DNA of 51,031 bases from Escherichia phage BEK7. Shown one piece after another: positions 20,325 to 28,888 of the stretch. Under the pieces are notes generated by a model. The model saw only the letters and a program-made list of their open reading frames with translations. It made no database searches and had not been told where the DNA came from. The first letter of the stretch is position 1. Each line of letters opens with the position of its first letter. The position numbers were made by a program, and so were the translations under genes. The stretch is taken from the sequence record MN158209.1; one strand, 5' to 3'.

Positions 20325-20352
20325 AAAAAAGGGGGCATAGCCCCCTTTAATT
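20322..20352. terminator. bidirectional terminator between convergent J-like and Cor-cassette genes
   Basis: A8-GGGGGC-ATAG-CCCCC-TTT; A-run and T-run flank the stem. Confidence 0.65.
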
Positions 20353-20967
20353 TTAATCATAGTGTGATGAATTTATAACCAAAACAGATGAAGCCGTGTA
20401 AATACCAACAGGACCAGAAGTTTGTGCAACCTGCCTAGATAAAGAATATACCCCGTTGCCATACGCGGCAGCTTGAGACTCAAATATCATGAATCCACCT
20501 AAAGACGGATTACTCACAGAGTTTAAAGCTGTTAGTGACGGCATGATGGCGCAAGGGTATCCCAAGTTAACGTCAAAAGTGATCCCGCTTACAGATACAA
20601 GTTTTGCATCTAAAGGCTTCATCTTTCCATGATAAACCATCTCACCATTAGCATTATAAAAAGCTATTCCGTGGCTACCAGGAGGAGTAACCATATTGCT
20701 AAAAGCATAAACAAATACCTCACCTTGATTGTCGGACTTTTCTATCTTTATTGCGTGCTTCCCACCATTATTAAATTGAGTAAATGCTATGTATGATTTT
20801 GATGTTAACCTTACAAAAAAGAAGCACGGTCTATTTATTGGTATAGAAGTATTAAAAACGGTTCCTGTTTTTGCTGATATTTTACCTTTATCTATAAGGT
20901 TAACAGGAGTGAAATCTGGACTTAACCACAATGATCCGTCTGGTTTTTTTATGCTCATCCCGTACAT
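20353..20967 (-). CDS. hypothetical protein (Cor-cassette gene 3)
   Basis: ATG after GGGGG RBS; convergent with J; no motif recognised. Confidence 0.45.
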   Translation of the reverse strand: MYGMSIKKPDGSLWLSPDFTPVNLIDKGKISAKTGTVFNTSIPINRPCFFFVRLTSKSYIAFTQFNNGGKHAIKIEKSDNQGEVFVYAFSNMVTPPGSHGIAFYNANGEMVYHGKMKPLDAKLVSVSGITFDVNLGYPCAIMPSLTALNSVSNPSLGGFMIFESQAAAYGNGVYSLSRQVAQTSGPVGIYTASSVLVINSSHYD

Positions 20968-20969
20968 TA

Positions 20970-21248
20970 TTACCCCCAAAAAGTATATATATATCTTGAG
21001 TCAGATCCAGAAAGTCCGCTCCATGTAACGGTATCACCACTTACACCTAAACTTGGAGCGCCAGGATCTCCTCCGCGCCACGAATTCATTCCAACATATA
21101 TTGCTTTCAACGACTTACCTGGAGGCCTGTTTGAGTAGGTCTTACTGCCAGATGATTGAGTAAATTTATCCAAGAAAAAAACTGGAGTTAAAAGGCCAGT
21201 AACATTTCTACCTTGCTCATCATATATTGCATACCCATATTCAGCCAT
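20970..21248 (-). CDS. hypothetical protein (Cor-cassette gene 2)
   Basis: 92-aa ORF tightly packed between lipoprotein gene and next ORF. Confidence 0.4.
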   Translation of the reverse strand: MAEYGYAIYDEQGRNVTGLLTPVFFLDKFTQSSGSKTYSNRPPGKSLKAIYVGMNSWRGGDPGAPSLGVSGDTVTWSGLSGSDSRYIYTFWG

Positions 21249-21516
21249 TTTTGCACCTCAAATCAATGAATTTTCTTTCATCTTGCCAACGGTTGATAAA
21301 TTTAACTTCTTTATTGTCAACGCTCAACCTGTATTGCTTTTGGCTGAATCTGTTTTCGCGGACCGCATTAATTTTAACTTCATGGAATCCGTTAACAGGG
21401 AATGTTTTAACGTTAAATTTTGCCGTGCAATCGATCTCCTTGAAGTTGCCAGTAGGCGAAGAAGAACATCCGGTCAGGGCGGCTACGGTGGCGATAACTG
21501 CGATTAATTTTTTCAT
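21241..21516 (-). CDS. outer-membrane lipoprotein, Cor-like superinfection exclusion candidate
   Basis: Signal peptide with lipobox LTGC (MKKLIAVIATVAALTGCSSS), about 90 aa, next to tail fibre/tip genes as cor is in T1/phi80-type phages; RBS AGGAG. Confidence 0.55.
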   Translation of the reverse strand: MKKLIAVIATVAALTGCSSSPTGNFKEIDCTAKFNVKTFPVNGFHEVKINAVRENRFSQKQYRLSVDNKEVKFINRWQDERKFIDLRCKNG

Positions 21517-21571
21517 CTTCAATACTCCTTAGTTGTTGTTGGCTGTAACTATACACGATCCGGCAAGCCGA

Positions 21572-21591
21572 GTTTAGCAAAAAGTGCTATT
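21572..21591 (-). promoter_or_regulatory. conserved element upstream of Cor-like lipoprotein gene
   Basis: Minus-strand ATAGCACTTTTTGCTAAAC; TATAGT 21 nt downstream; about 60 nt before ATG at 21516. Confidence 0.45.
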
Positions 21592-21660
21592 TGTTATTTT
21601 TTGTTTTCCGGTGTTATCGGATTTAAGGCGGCGTAAATTTAGCGCAAATCTTAGCCAACA

Positions 21661-21850
21661 TAAGAACAATAAATAATCAATAAAATAGATATATACATAT
21701 AAAATCAATAGTTTATTTATTTATGTATGTATATTTGTTTTTTCTTGTTATCTGTGTTTCTTGTGGTTTTGGTTGTTTGTGGTGATTTTTCTTTCTGAGT
21801 ATCTGTATGTGCCATCATTCATGTGTATGTATATAATCCGGCGTATCTGA
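21661..21850. repeat. AT-rich divergent control region, copy A
   Basis: Low-complexity AT-rich tract with TGTATGTATAT, ATAAAATCAATA, TGTTATCTGT, GGTGATTTT blocks shared with 42950-43145. Confidence 0.6.
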
Positions 21851-21959
21851 TAGAACAAGGGAACAAGAAAAATAACACATATTAATCATTAACTTACGCG
21901 TCAAATTTGTTTTATTGCCATCTGAGAACGTTTAGAAAACAGAAAAAACAAAACAACTA

Positions 21960-21987
21960 TTGACTAAATCAACCAAATGGCTACAAT
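21960..21987 (+). promoter_or_regulatory. sigma70-like promoter (TTGACT-16-TACAAT)
   Basis: -35 TTGACT at 21960-21965, 16-nt spacer, -10 TACAAT at 21982-21987, about 30 nt before ATG 22018. Confidence 0.55.
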
Positions 21988-22017
21988 GCACACACAAAGC
22001 AACGAGGAGCATTAAAG

Positions 22018-23076
22018 ATGAGTGATTTTAACGCCTATACTAGCGAAGAAATGAGCAATGAGCTTTATCATGATCCTAACGCGTGGACGGCTGAATACGT
22101 CAGCGGTTCCAGCCTGGCTGAGATTTACAGCACTTGCCCGGCGTACTGGAAGTACAAGCCTCGCCAGGAAACCAAAGCACTTGTTTTCGGTACGCAGTCG
22201 CATACCAATTTTGAAAGCAAGGAGCTTTTCGAAAAAACCTATCGCCGTGCGCCAGCACCAGAAGACTTTAAGGATCTGATAACCAGCCAAACGGCGCTTG
22301 CTGCAAAGCTAAAATCATTTGGCCTGAAAGGTACAACAGGAAAGACTTACCCTGAACTTATAAAAATGTTGGTTGACTGCGGAGAAGACCTTAACGTCAT
22401 GTGGTTAATCGACATGATCGCAGAAAGTCAGGCGAGGGCCGATGGGGTTCAGTTAATCGAAGCTAAAGATTACGATGCTTGCGTGGCAATGCGACAGGTT
22501 CTGGAATCAATACCGGAACATAACGCATGCATGAATAGCAAGACAGCACAACGTGAATTATCGTTGTTCGGTGAAATTAACGGCGTAAAAGTCAAAGTGC
22601 GATGCGATCACGTTGACGTAACAAAGAACGTCACCGCAACGCTGATTGATGGTTACGATGAAAAAGGTCAGCCGATTTGCCGCGATATTATTTATCCAGA
22701 GGCCATTGTGATCACAGACTACAAAACTACAATGAGCGCGAATCCGGCTGAGTTTATGCGCCTGGCTTACAATCACGGCTATTATCTTAAAATGGCGTTG
22801 CAATGTGATTTATTCAGGAAAGCGTATCCAGAAGAAAAGCGACCTATAGTTGTGCGCCTGTTAGCGCAAGAGAAGAAAGAGCCTTATTTGCCGTTGGCTT
22901 TCCGCATGAACAACGAGCAATTGAAGATTGGGCGCATTCAGTACATGAGCGTGATTAACCAGTTTGCCATGTGCCAGCATCATGACGTTTGGCCTTCGTA
23001 TTCAAACGGTGAGCCGGAGGTTTGCCTTGATACTCCTGATTGGGTGCGACGCCAGTTTAAGCAATATCTTATTTAA
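22018..23076 (+). CDS. putative recombination exonuclease (PD-(D/E)XK-like)
   Basis: 352 aa, first gene of exo-SSAP-SSB arrangement; ITDYKTT resembles a D-x-K nuclease core; assignment tentative. Confidence 0.45.
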   Translation: MSDFNAYTSEEMSNELYHDPNAWTAEYVSGSSLAEIYSTCPAYWKYKPRQETKALVFGTQSHTNFESKELFEKTYRRAPAPEDFKDLITSQTALAAKLKSFGLKGTTGKTYPELIKMLVDCGEDLNVMWLIDMIAESQARADGVQLIEAKDYDACVAMRQVLESIPEHNACMNSKTAQRELSLFGEINGVKVKVRCDHVDVTKNVTATLIDGYDEKGQPICRDIIYPEAIVITDYKTTMSANPAEFMRLAYNHGYYLKMALQCDLFRKAYPEEKRPIVVRLLAQEKKEPYLPLAFRMNNEQLKIGRIQYMSVINQFAMCQHHDVWPSYSNGEPEVCLDTPDWVRRQFKQYLI

Positions 23077-23157
23077 ACAGCACAAATAGCTAAACAAATG
23101 AAAAATGCGGTGTTATAATTCACCGCATAAGTTAACAACAAGCGTAAGGAAATAAAC

Positions 23158-23436
23158 ATGGAAAACAAACAAGTTTCAGAGGTAGCAGTTCATATCAATA
23201 ATTTTGCAACTGGCATGGCTATGTTGCTTCGTGACTTTGTAGCGCCCCTTGACCCAACGGCAGGCGCAGAAGAAATGGAGTACATCAGAAAAGTAATGGA
23301 TGCAGTCGATAACGTCGTACTCATTGCAACAATGAGCGAAGACAACGAGGAAGCAATCAAGGCGGTAAAAGAAAGTTCTGATCGCATGATGGAAAATCTG
23401 ATTAAATTACACACCAAAGAAGAAACAAAACATTAA
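23158..23436 (+). CDS. hypothetical acidic protein
   Basis: 92 aa, Glu/Asp-rich; flanked by small hairpins. Confidence 0.4.
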   Translation: MENKQVSEVAVHINNFATGMAMLLRDFVAPLDPTAGAEEMEYIRKVMDAVDNVVLIATMSEDNEEAIKAVKESSDRMMENLIKLHTKEETKH

Positions 23437-23481
23437 CAGCAATAAGGCGGCGAAAGCCGCCATGAATTACGGGGATTAATC

Positions 23482-24138
23482 ATGAAACTATCAGAGCAAT
23501 TCGACAAGGTTTTACCAGCACTGCATAAGGCGCGTAGTTTGTTTGTAAAGGTAAAGAAGGATAAGCAAAACACTCACCTTAAAAACCGTTACGCAACACT
23601 TGATGCCGTACTTGATGCAATCACCCCAGCACTGAACGATAACGCGCTAATGTTGATGCAGGATATGATCGAAAGCGAACAACCTAACCGCATCAAAGTT
23701 GAGACAACAGTTCTTCATGTTTCCGGTCAGTGGGTGAAATTTTACGCAGAGCTACCAATAGTTAAAAACGATCCTCAAGGTGTCGGATCTGCATTCACAT
23801 ACGCGCGTCGTTATGCAGCAGCAGCAGCATTTGGCTTAAGCCAGGCAGACGATGACGCTCAGATTGCCGTTAAATCTGCAAACGACTGGAAGCGTGACAT
23901 TGAGAAATGCGAAAGCGTAAACGAATTACAAGAAGTGCTAAAATCAGCATGGAAGGCAAGCGATCCGGCAAGCAAGCAGGTAATTAAAGAGCATTACGAA
24001 AAGCGCAAGGCAGAACTTGAGATCGGAAAAGCACGAGGATTTAATCCAGCGCAACCAAAACAAAATCTTGCCGCTCAAGACGTTGACACAAAAAACGACG
24101 AGCAAGTAAAATCACAAAGAATAACTGACTTTGAATAA
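23482..24138 (+). CDS. Erf-like single-strand annealing protein
   Basis: 218 aa between exonuclease and SSB; segment [14 protein letters not shown] and overall size consistent with ERF family. Confidence 0.55.
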   Translation: MKLSEQFDKVLPALHKARSLFVKVKKDKQNTHLKNRYATLDAVLDAITPALNDNALMLMQDMIESEQPNRIKVETTVLHVSGQWVKFYAELPIVKNDPQGVGSAFTYARRYAAAAAFGLSQADDDAQIAVKSANDWKRDIEKCESVNELQEVLKSAWKASDPASKQVIKEHYEKRKAELEIGKARGFNPAQPKQNLAAQDVDTKNDEQVKSQRITDFE

Positions 24139-24143
24139 TTGAC

Positions 24144-24168
24144 ATGGGGCGCTTGCGCCCCTTTCTTG
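24144..24168 (+). terminator. hairpin terminator-like element
   Basis: GGGGCGC-TTG-CGCCCC followed by TTTCTT. Confidence 0.45.
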
Positions 24169-24182
24169 CAGGAGAATAAATA

Positions 24183-24635
24183 ATGCATATTATTACTGGT
24201 GAGATCCGAAAAGAGCCGCGAGTAAAGCAAATGCCTAACGGCAGCACACTTTATGTGGTTGAACTTTCAGAGCGATACAAAGATAAAGATGGAAACTGGC
24301 AATATACAAACTACAGTTTCTTTTTTAATGCTAAAACAGAAGGTCTTAAGGGTTGGTATGATGAGGCATTCCAGGTTGGCAAGGTTATTTCTGTATCTTG
24401 CGACACGCTGCGCATTGAAACGCGTGAATATAACGGAAATCTGTATTCAAGTTTAATGCCAGGAGGATTTGCAAATCTTATCTTCAGTCAGCGCGGGGAA
24501 AGCCAGCAACAATATCAGCAGCGAACTCAAGGAGGATGGGGGCAGCAACAACAACAGAATCAACAGCAACAACCGCAACAGCCAAGACAAAGCAATCAGC
24601 CTCCTATGGACTTTGATTCTGACATCCCATTTTAA
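24183..24635 (+). CDS. ssb: single-stranded DNA-binding protein
   Basis: OB-fold-sized N-terminus, Gly/Gln-rich linker, C-terminal acidic tail ending DFDSDIPF. Confidence 0.85.
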   Translation: MHIITGEIRKEPRVKQMPNGSTLYVVELSERYKDKDGNWQYTNYSFFFNAKTEGLKGWYDEAFQVGKVISVSCDTLRIETREYNGNLYSSLMPGGFANLIFSQRGESQQQYQQRTQGGWGQQQQQNQQQQPQQPRQSNQPPMDFDSDIPF

Positions 24636-24678
24636 CACCCCATTTTAACATATAAGATACAAAGATATAACAAAAGAC

Positions 24679-24963
24679 ATGGTTGACGCCGCAAGGCGTC
24701 ACCTATCCTACGATGCAGAATCAGGAATTTTTACATGGATTCTTCCCACGTCGCAGAGCGTAGAGAAAGGTTCACAGGCCGGATCGCTTAGGAATGGATA
24801 CATAGGTATAAACATCCATGGCGAGCGATTTCAGGCGCACAGGCTTGCTGTTGCCTTCATTGAAGGCTATTTGATAGGCGATGTTGAAATTGACTACATA
24901 GACAGCAATTCTCTTTGCGAGTTCAGTTTGATGCGCATTCAACTTTCCGGTAGTCATTATTGA
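24679..24963 (+). pseudogene. degraded HNH homing endonuclease remnant
   Basis: HRLAVAFIEGYLIGDVEIDYIDSN resembles the HNH_3 core but His of DH is replaced and the ORF truncates after 94 aa. Confidence 0.45.
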
Positions 24964-25175
24964 CAACATGCAGCTCATGCTACCTATTCCGTTAAAATCA
25001 GTCATTGCAGATTTCATTATTGATATTGGAGAATAACCATCATCAGCTATTGTGTGCGCTCTCTCTGACAGGTCTTTAACTACCTGATCAATTCATTCAC
25101 TTTTCGTCATTTTCTTTTCCTTCAGGAATAGATATAAAACATTTGTAAGTGATATGTAAGAAACTGGCATAAAGA

Positions 25176-25207
25176 CGAAAAAAGGCGCAGCCGTAGCCGC
25201 GCCTTTC
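25176..25207 (-). terminator. rho-independent terminator (minus strand)
   Basis: Stem AGGCGC...GCGCCT with A-run on + strand (T-run on minus) just downstream of tail fibre stop. Confidence 0.6.
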
Positions 25208-25219
25208 GGTTAAATTTTG

Positions 25220-27238
25220 TTAATCCTCAAGCGTTGATTGCTTGTTAATTAACACTGAAACTACAGCTTTTAGTTCCTCAATCTCTTTTTGTAGTCTGGA
25301 TATCTTTTCCTTATTTTCATTATCACGTTTTGTTAAAGCCTGGATGGCCGCCAGACCATCAAGCAACATCGGAGTCGTGTCAAGATGCAACTTATCTCCG
25401 ACTTTTGTCGTGTATTCGCGGTCAATCAACCTGACTTGCTGAGCAATGACACCTCGTCTTGTGCTTCGTTCAGGGGAATCGCTCAGATAACGGAATAGTT
25501 TAAATTCCATTCTGTTAATATTATCCAATGCACCGTCAACGTTAAGATTGCCTTTAATATCCTTCAGGCTCTCATCAGATATGGCAGCGGTTGTTATTTT
25601 CAACCAGTCCTTCCAGCTATTACTCTCCAGGCATCTACCGTAAAAACCATTGTCTCTTGCCGCTATCTGCATTGCGTAGGAATTACTGTATCCAACGTGT
25701 ATCCCTGCGTACACCACATTATTAGCTGGTGAATTAACTTGCCCGGACATAAACAAACTACGGTTAACAATACTATTACCATCATTCCAATTCATGCTTG
25801 TGGCGGTCGTAATTCCACTCGGAGACCAAAAGCGACCAGCACGATCAAATGTAAAGAAATGAGTTGCATCACCTGATTTTGTAGCCCTATTGATAATGTT
25901 CACAACTCCATTAGCATCAACCCTAAATTCACCTTGTCCCTTATGCGTATTGGCTGAATCATAGTACCTTGTGGTAAAGGTTGCACCCTGAGTGTTTTCT
26001 ATACCATCAGCAAACACGCCGTTCGTACCATACGCCTTAACCTGACTAAACTGAACTTTGTCGTTAACGCCAAGGCCAATTGAAGCTCTAAATCCAGGGC
26101 TATTGTTTGGTCGGTCATATGCAGCCCACTCTGTCCATGGGCTTGGATTGCCTGCAAGATATTTTCTTATATAAAATCTGTTGCTGTTATTGTATGGGTA
26201 GTAAATCTGAGTACAACCATCAATGCCGCTTGCGCCGTTTCTTAACACCACAAGTGTTCCCGCGGAACTCTCTGGGTATCCACGCCCAGGTGTAGCGGCA
26301 GCGTTTCCAGATTGATAATACACACCGCTTTTTGCGCCAGTCAGCGTATTTAGATCTGTTTCTCCAAGAGCGGTCCTTGATTCACGGAACGTTTCAAGAT
26401 TACCCCTTGCACCTTCTGCACTTGTTGCACCAGTACCACCCCGCCCAACAGCAAGAGGCTTCGCTTCACCAGTAGTTGACTGAACACCCCAATTGCCATT
26501 ATTGGCAACAAACATGCTTAACTTTCCATCAGGTGATGCAATCTGATTGAACTTGCCAGCATCTGTACTTGTAGTACAGAAAACTCCTTGCACTCCAAGA
26601 TTTGTCTTTGCTGTATTAACATCGGTTAGATCGGAAAGGTTTGCATCTTTGCGTAAAAGGTTTTCAGCATTCAGGCTTTTAGCAAATTCCTCCGCCTCAT
26701 TGCGAGCAGTAACAGCGCCAGCCTTTGCAGTTTCAGCAGCACTCTTTGCAGACTGAGCATCGGTCATGTGTTGCTTTGCTGAGTCTCTTGCTGACACAGT
26801 TTCATTCTTAAGTTGTTCAGTTGCAGCGCGATCGGCTGATGTATTTTCTGCTGCATCCTTAATCTGATTTACCAGATCTTGTAACGCCTTCAGGTCAAAA
26901 TCTTTGAAAAACTCTATAGCTTCCTCAATGATTGTTTCTTTACTCTGATAGTATCGCAGCGTTTCAGCTACATCTTGAGCAAGTCCATCAACGGTTATTG
27001 AGTCATGAATCAAGATCGCGTAATTTGAGCGAGCAACTACCGCTCCACCAGTTGTAATTGCACGAATGCTTGTATCGTTTATAACTTCAGTTATTACAGC
27101 GATTTGTAACGGCTGAGTTAAGAATACAATGGTCGCGCCAGGGCGAATGAGTGTTAGTTGCTCTCGCCATTTTGTGTCGTATCCAGTTATATAGCCTTGA
27201 GCGTCCATTGACGCCTGTCCTGTTCTGTAAATTGCCAT
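25220..27238 (-). CDS. tail fibre protein with C-terminal intramolecular chaperone (S74-like) domain
   Basis: ATG after GGAG; Ala/Thr-rich coiled N-terminal region; C-terminus has [12 protein letters not shown]...[15 protein letters not shown] resembling the autoproteolytic chaperone domain of endosialidase/L-shaped fibres. Confidence 0.75.
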   Translation of the reverse strand: MAIYRTGQASMDAQGYITGYDTKWREQLTLIRPGATIVFLTQPLQIAVITEVINDTSIRAITTGGAVVARSNYAILIHDSITVDGLAQDVAETLRYYQSKETIIEEAIEFFKDFDLKALQDLVNQIKDAAENTSADRAATEQLKNETVSARDSAKQHMTDAQSAKSAAETAKAGAVTARNEAEEFAKSLNAENLLRKDANLSDLTDVNTAKTNLGVQGVFCTTSTDAGKFNQIASPDGKLSMFVANNGNWGVQSTTGEAKPLAVGRGGTGATSAEGARGNLETFRESRTALGETDLNTLTGAKSGVYYQSGNAAATPGRGYPESSAGTLVVLRNGASGIDGCTQIYYPYNNSNRFYIRKYLAGNPSPWTEWAAYDRPNNSPGFRASIGLGVNDKVQFSQVKAYGTNGVFADGIENTQGATFTTRYYDSANTHKGQGEFRVDANGVVNIINRATKSGDATHFFTFDRAGRFWSPSGITTATSMNWNDGNSIVNRSLFMSGQVNSPANNVVYAGIHVGYSNSYAMQIAARDNGFYGRCLESNSWKDWLKITTAAISDESLKDIKGNLNVDGALDNINRMEFKLFRYLSDSPERSTRRGVIAQQVRLIDREYTTKVGDKLHLDTTPMLLDGLAAIQALTKRDNENKEKISRLQKEIEELKAVVSVLINKQSTLED

Positions 27239-27295
27239 GCGCTTTCTCCAATGTTGCATGTTAATGTCAATGCAGATAATAGCATTTGCTAAGGC

Positions 27296-27320
27296 CAAAA
27301 AAAACCCCGCAATGCGGGGT
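27296..27320 (-). terminator. rho-independent terminator (minus strand)
   Basis: CCCCGC-AAT-GCGGGG with 8-nt A-run on + strand, between primase and tail fibre. Confidence 0.6.
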
Positions 27321-27337
27321 AAAAGTAGCAGTGACAT

Positions 27338-28270
27338 TTAGAGAAGAAATTCAGGTTTATAAACCTTCCTCTCTATCCCTTGCCTGTAATTATCATTAAT
27401 CGGCATCATAATTTCAAGTCCTCTTTCCTCTGCAGCAATGATCGCGTCACGATCTGTGCTCTTGCAGACAACTCGCATTCTTCTGTTGCCTTTATACCTG
27501 TAAGCTACAATCTCAATGTTAGTTGCATCAAAGCAGGCCCAAACCTCCTGACCAGTTGCAAGGTGAATATGTTGCGCATCAATCCAGTCAACGCAAAGAT
27601 AGATAGTCTTATCTGTACTTCCGGTTCTAACAATCGACCCTCTCGTGTAGTCCTTTGCTAGAAAAGACTGATTACCTTCTTCATCAATGAAAAGCACATT
27701 GCACATTTCATCATCAATTTCATCTGAATGTACCAGGTAACATGGTAACGCGTGAATGTATCGACCATCTTTAACGCCGCATTCATAATAACCATCTTCA
27801 GAAGGATATATCCCTTCATAGGTGCTTAACGGCGTGCGATCAAGTTTTAGTGTTTTTGACATAACGCGCTCGCAGCATTCATGGCTTGCCTGTTTCCCAA
27901 ACGAATAACCAGAATCACGAGATACTCGCTTATTTGCCTTGATTCTATAGTCCTGCGGAACTTTTCCAAGAAAGCGACCCAAAATATTGATCACTTCGCT
28001 GTAAGGTTCTCCGGTTAGCTTCATGATCCAACCAATTCCAGTATCGTTCCCGCACACGTTGCAGATAGCGCCTCCGTCGCCTTTTTTATCTCCAAGTTTA
28101 TCAGTCCATCTAAAGCGATCCTTTCCGCCGCAGTGGGGGCAAGATTGATGCTTGCCGTTAAAAACTTCATTTGGAAGACCGCAAATACTTTGTAGCGCCT
28201 CACGCCATAATCCCTGCATATATGGGAGAATATCTTCCTTTTGATAAACCATAAAGTTTTCGTTGTTCAT
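27338..28270 (-). CDS. DNA primase (zinc-ribbon type)
   Basis: ATG after GAGGTG; zinc-binding CPHCGGKDRFRW...CNVCG motif typical of primase zinc ribbons. Confidence 0.65.
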   Translation of the reverse strand: MNNENFMVYQKEDILPYMQGLWREALQSICGLPNEVFNGKHQSCPHCGGKDRFRWTDKLGDKKGDGGAICNVCGNDTGIGWIMKLTGEPYSEVINILGRFLGKVPQDYRIKANKRVSRDSGYSFGKQASHECCERVMSKTLKLDRTPLSTYEGIYPSEDGYYECGVKDGRYIHALPCYLVHSDEIDDEMCNVLFIDEEGNQSFLAKDYTRGSIVRTGSTDKTIYLCVDWIDAQHIHLATGQEVWACFDATNIEIVAYRYKGNRRMRVVCKSTDRDAIIAAEERGLEIMMPINDNYRQGIERKVYKPEFLL

Positions 28271-28325
28271 ATGCACCTCAAACAAAAAAGCCTGACAGAT
28301 GATAACATCATGCCAGGCATTGTTT

Positions 28326-28799
28326 TTAGCAATTAGTGCTTTCAGGTTTATACAGGAATCCGCCAGGCTCATAATCTGACATTCTTACCACTCGCAACAT
28401 TTCACGCTTATCACATCTCTTTGTGAGCGGTTTGCCATTGGAATCAAATCGCAGGTCTGGACGACAGAATGATGCGCGATAGCCTTGACATCCATATTTT
28501 TTGTAATCGTTATGCACCTTTTGAGCGCCAGCAGCTGAAATCATACCGCGAACACGCCACTGATTTACAGTTTGCTGGCTAACGTTAAGACGTTTTGCCA
28601 TTGCTGATACACTTCCGTAATACTCAATAAGGATGTCAAGTCGCGCTTTTAGTCCGGCGCGCACTTCATCTTTTAAAACATAGTATCCTGTAGGGCGCTT
28701 GCGTTTCTTCTTATCCTTGCCTCGTCTGGTTCCGTTATTGCCATTAATTGTGCGCTTGTCAATCTTGCCAGTTGATACCGCGATTCGCTGTTCTTTCAT
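28326..28799 (-). CDS. HTH DNA-binding protein (putative transcriptional regulator)
   Basis: Lys/Arg-rich N-terminus and helix-turn-helix-like SVSAMAKRLNVSQQTVNQWRVRG; divergent from helicase gene. Confidence 0.5.
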   Translation of the reverse strand: MKEQRIAVSTGKIDKRTINGNNGTRRGKDKKKRKRPTGYYVLKDEVRAGLKARLDILIEYYGSVSAMAKRLNVSQQTVNQWRVRGMISAAGAQKVHNDYKKYGCQGYRASFCRPDLRFDSNGKPLTKRCDKREMLRVVRMSDYEPGGFLYKPESTNC

Positions 28800-28811
28800 T
28801 ATTCATTCTCC

Positions 28812-28831
28812 AATAGCATTTTTTGTTAAAC
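28812..28831 (+). promoter_or_regulatory. conserved 21-nt promoter-like element (copy)
   Basis: AATAGCATTTTTTGTTAAAC; TATTAT 21 nt downstream; about 55-75 nt before helicase start. Confidence 0.5.
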
Positions 28832-28888
28832 GATGATTTAATGATTGTGTATTATACACGCCAAATGGCATTACTCAAAGGTTTTAGA

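Noticed and set aside
21661-21850. Possible CRISPR array in the AT-rich repetitive regions (also 42950-43145)
   Set aside because: Repeats are short, irregular and AT-rich with no fixed repeat/spacer periodicity; no cas genes present.
28812-28831. Reading the 21-nt element as a canonical sigma70 -35 box
   Set aside because: The TTG of the element is consistently about 22 nt, not 17, from the -10-like hexamer; kept as promoter-associated upstream element rather than plain -35.
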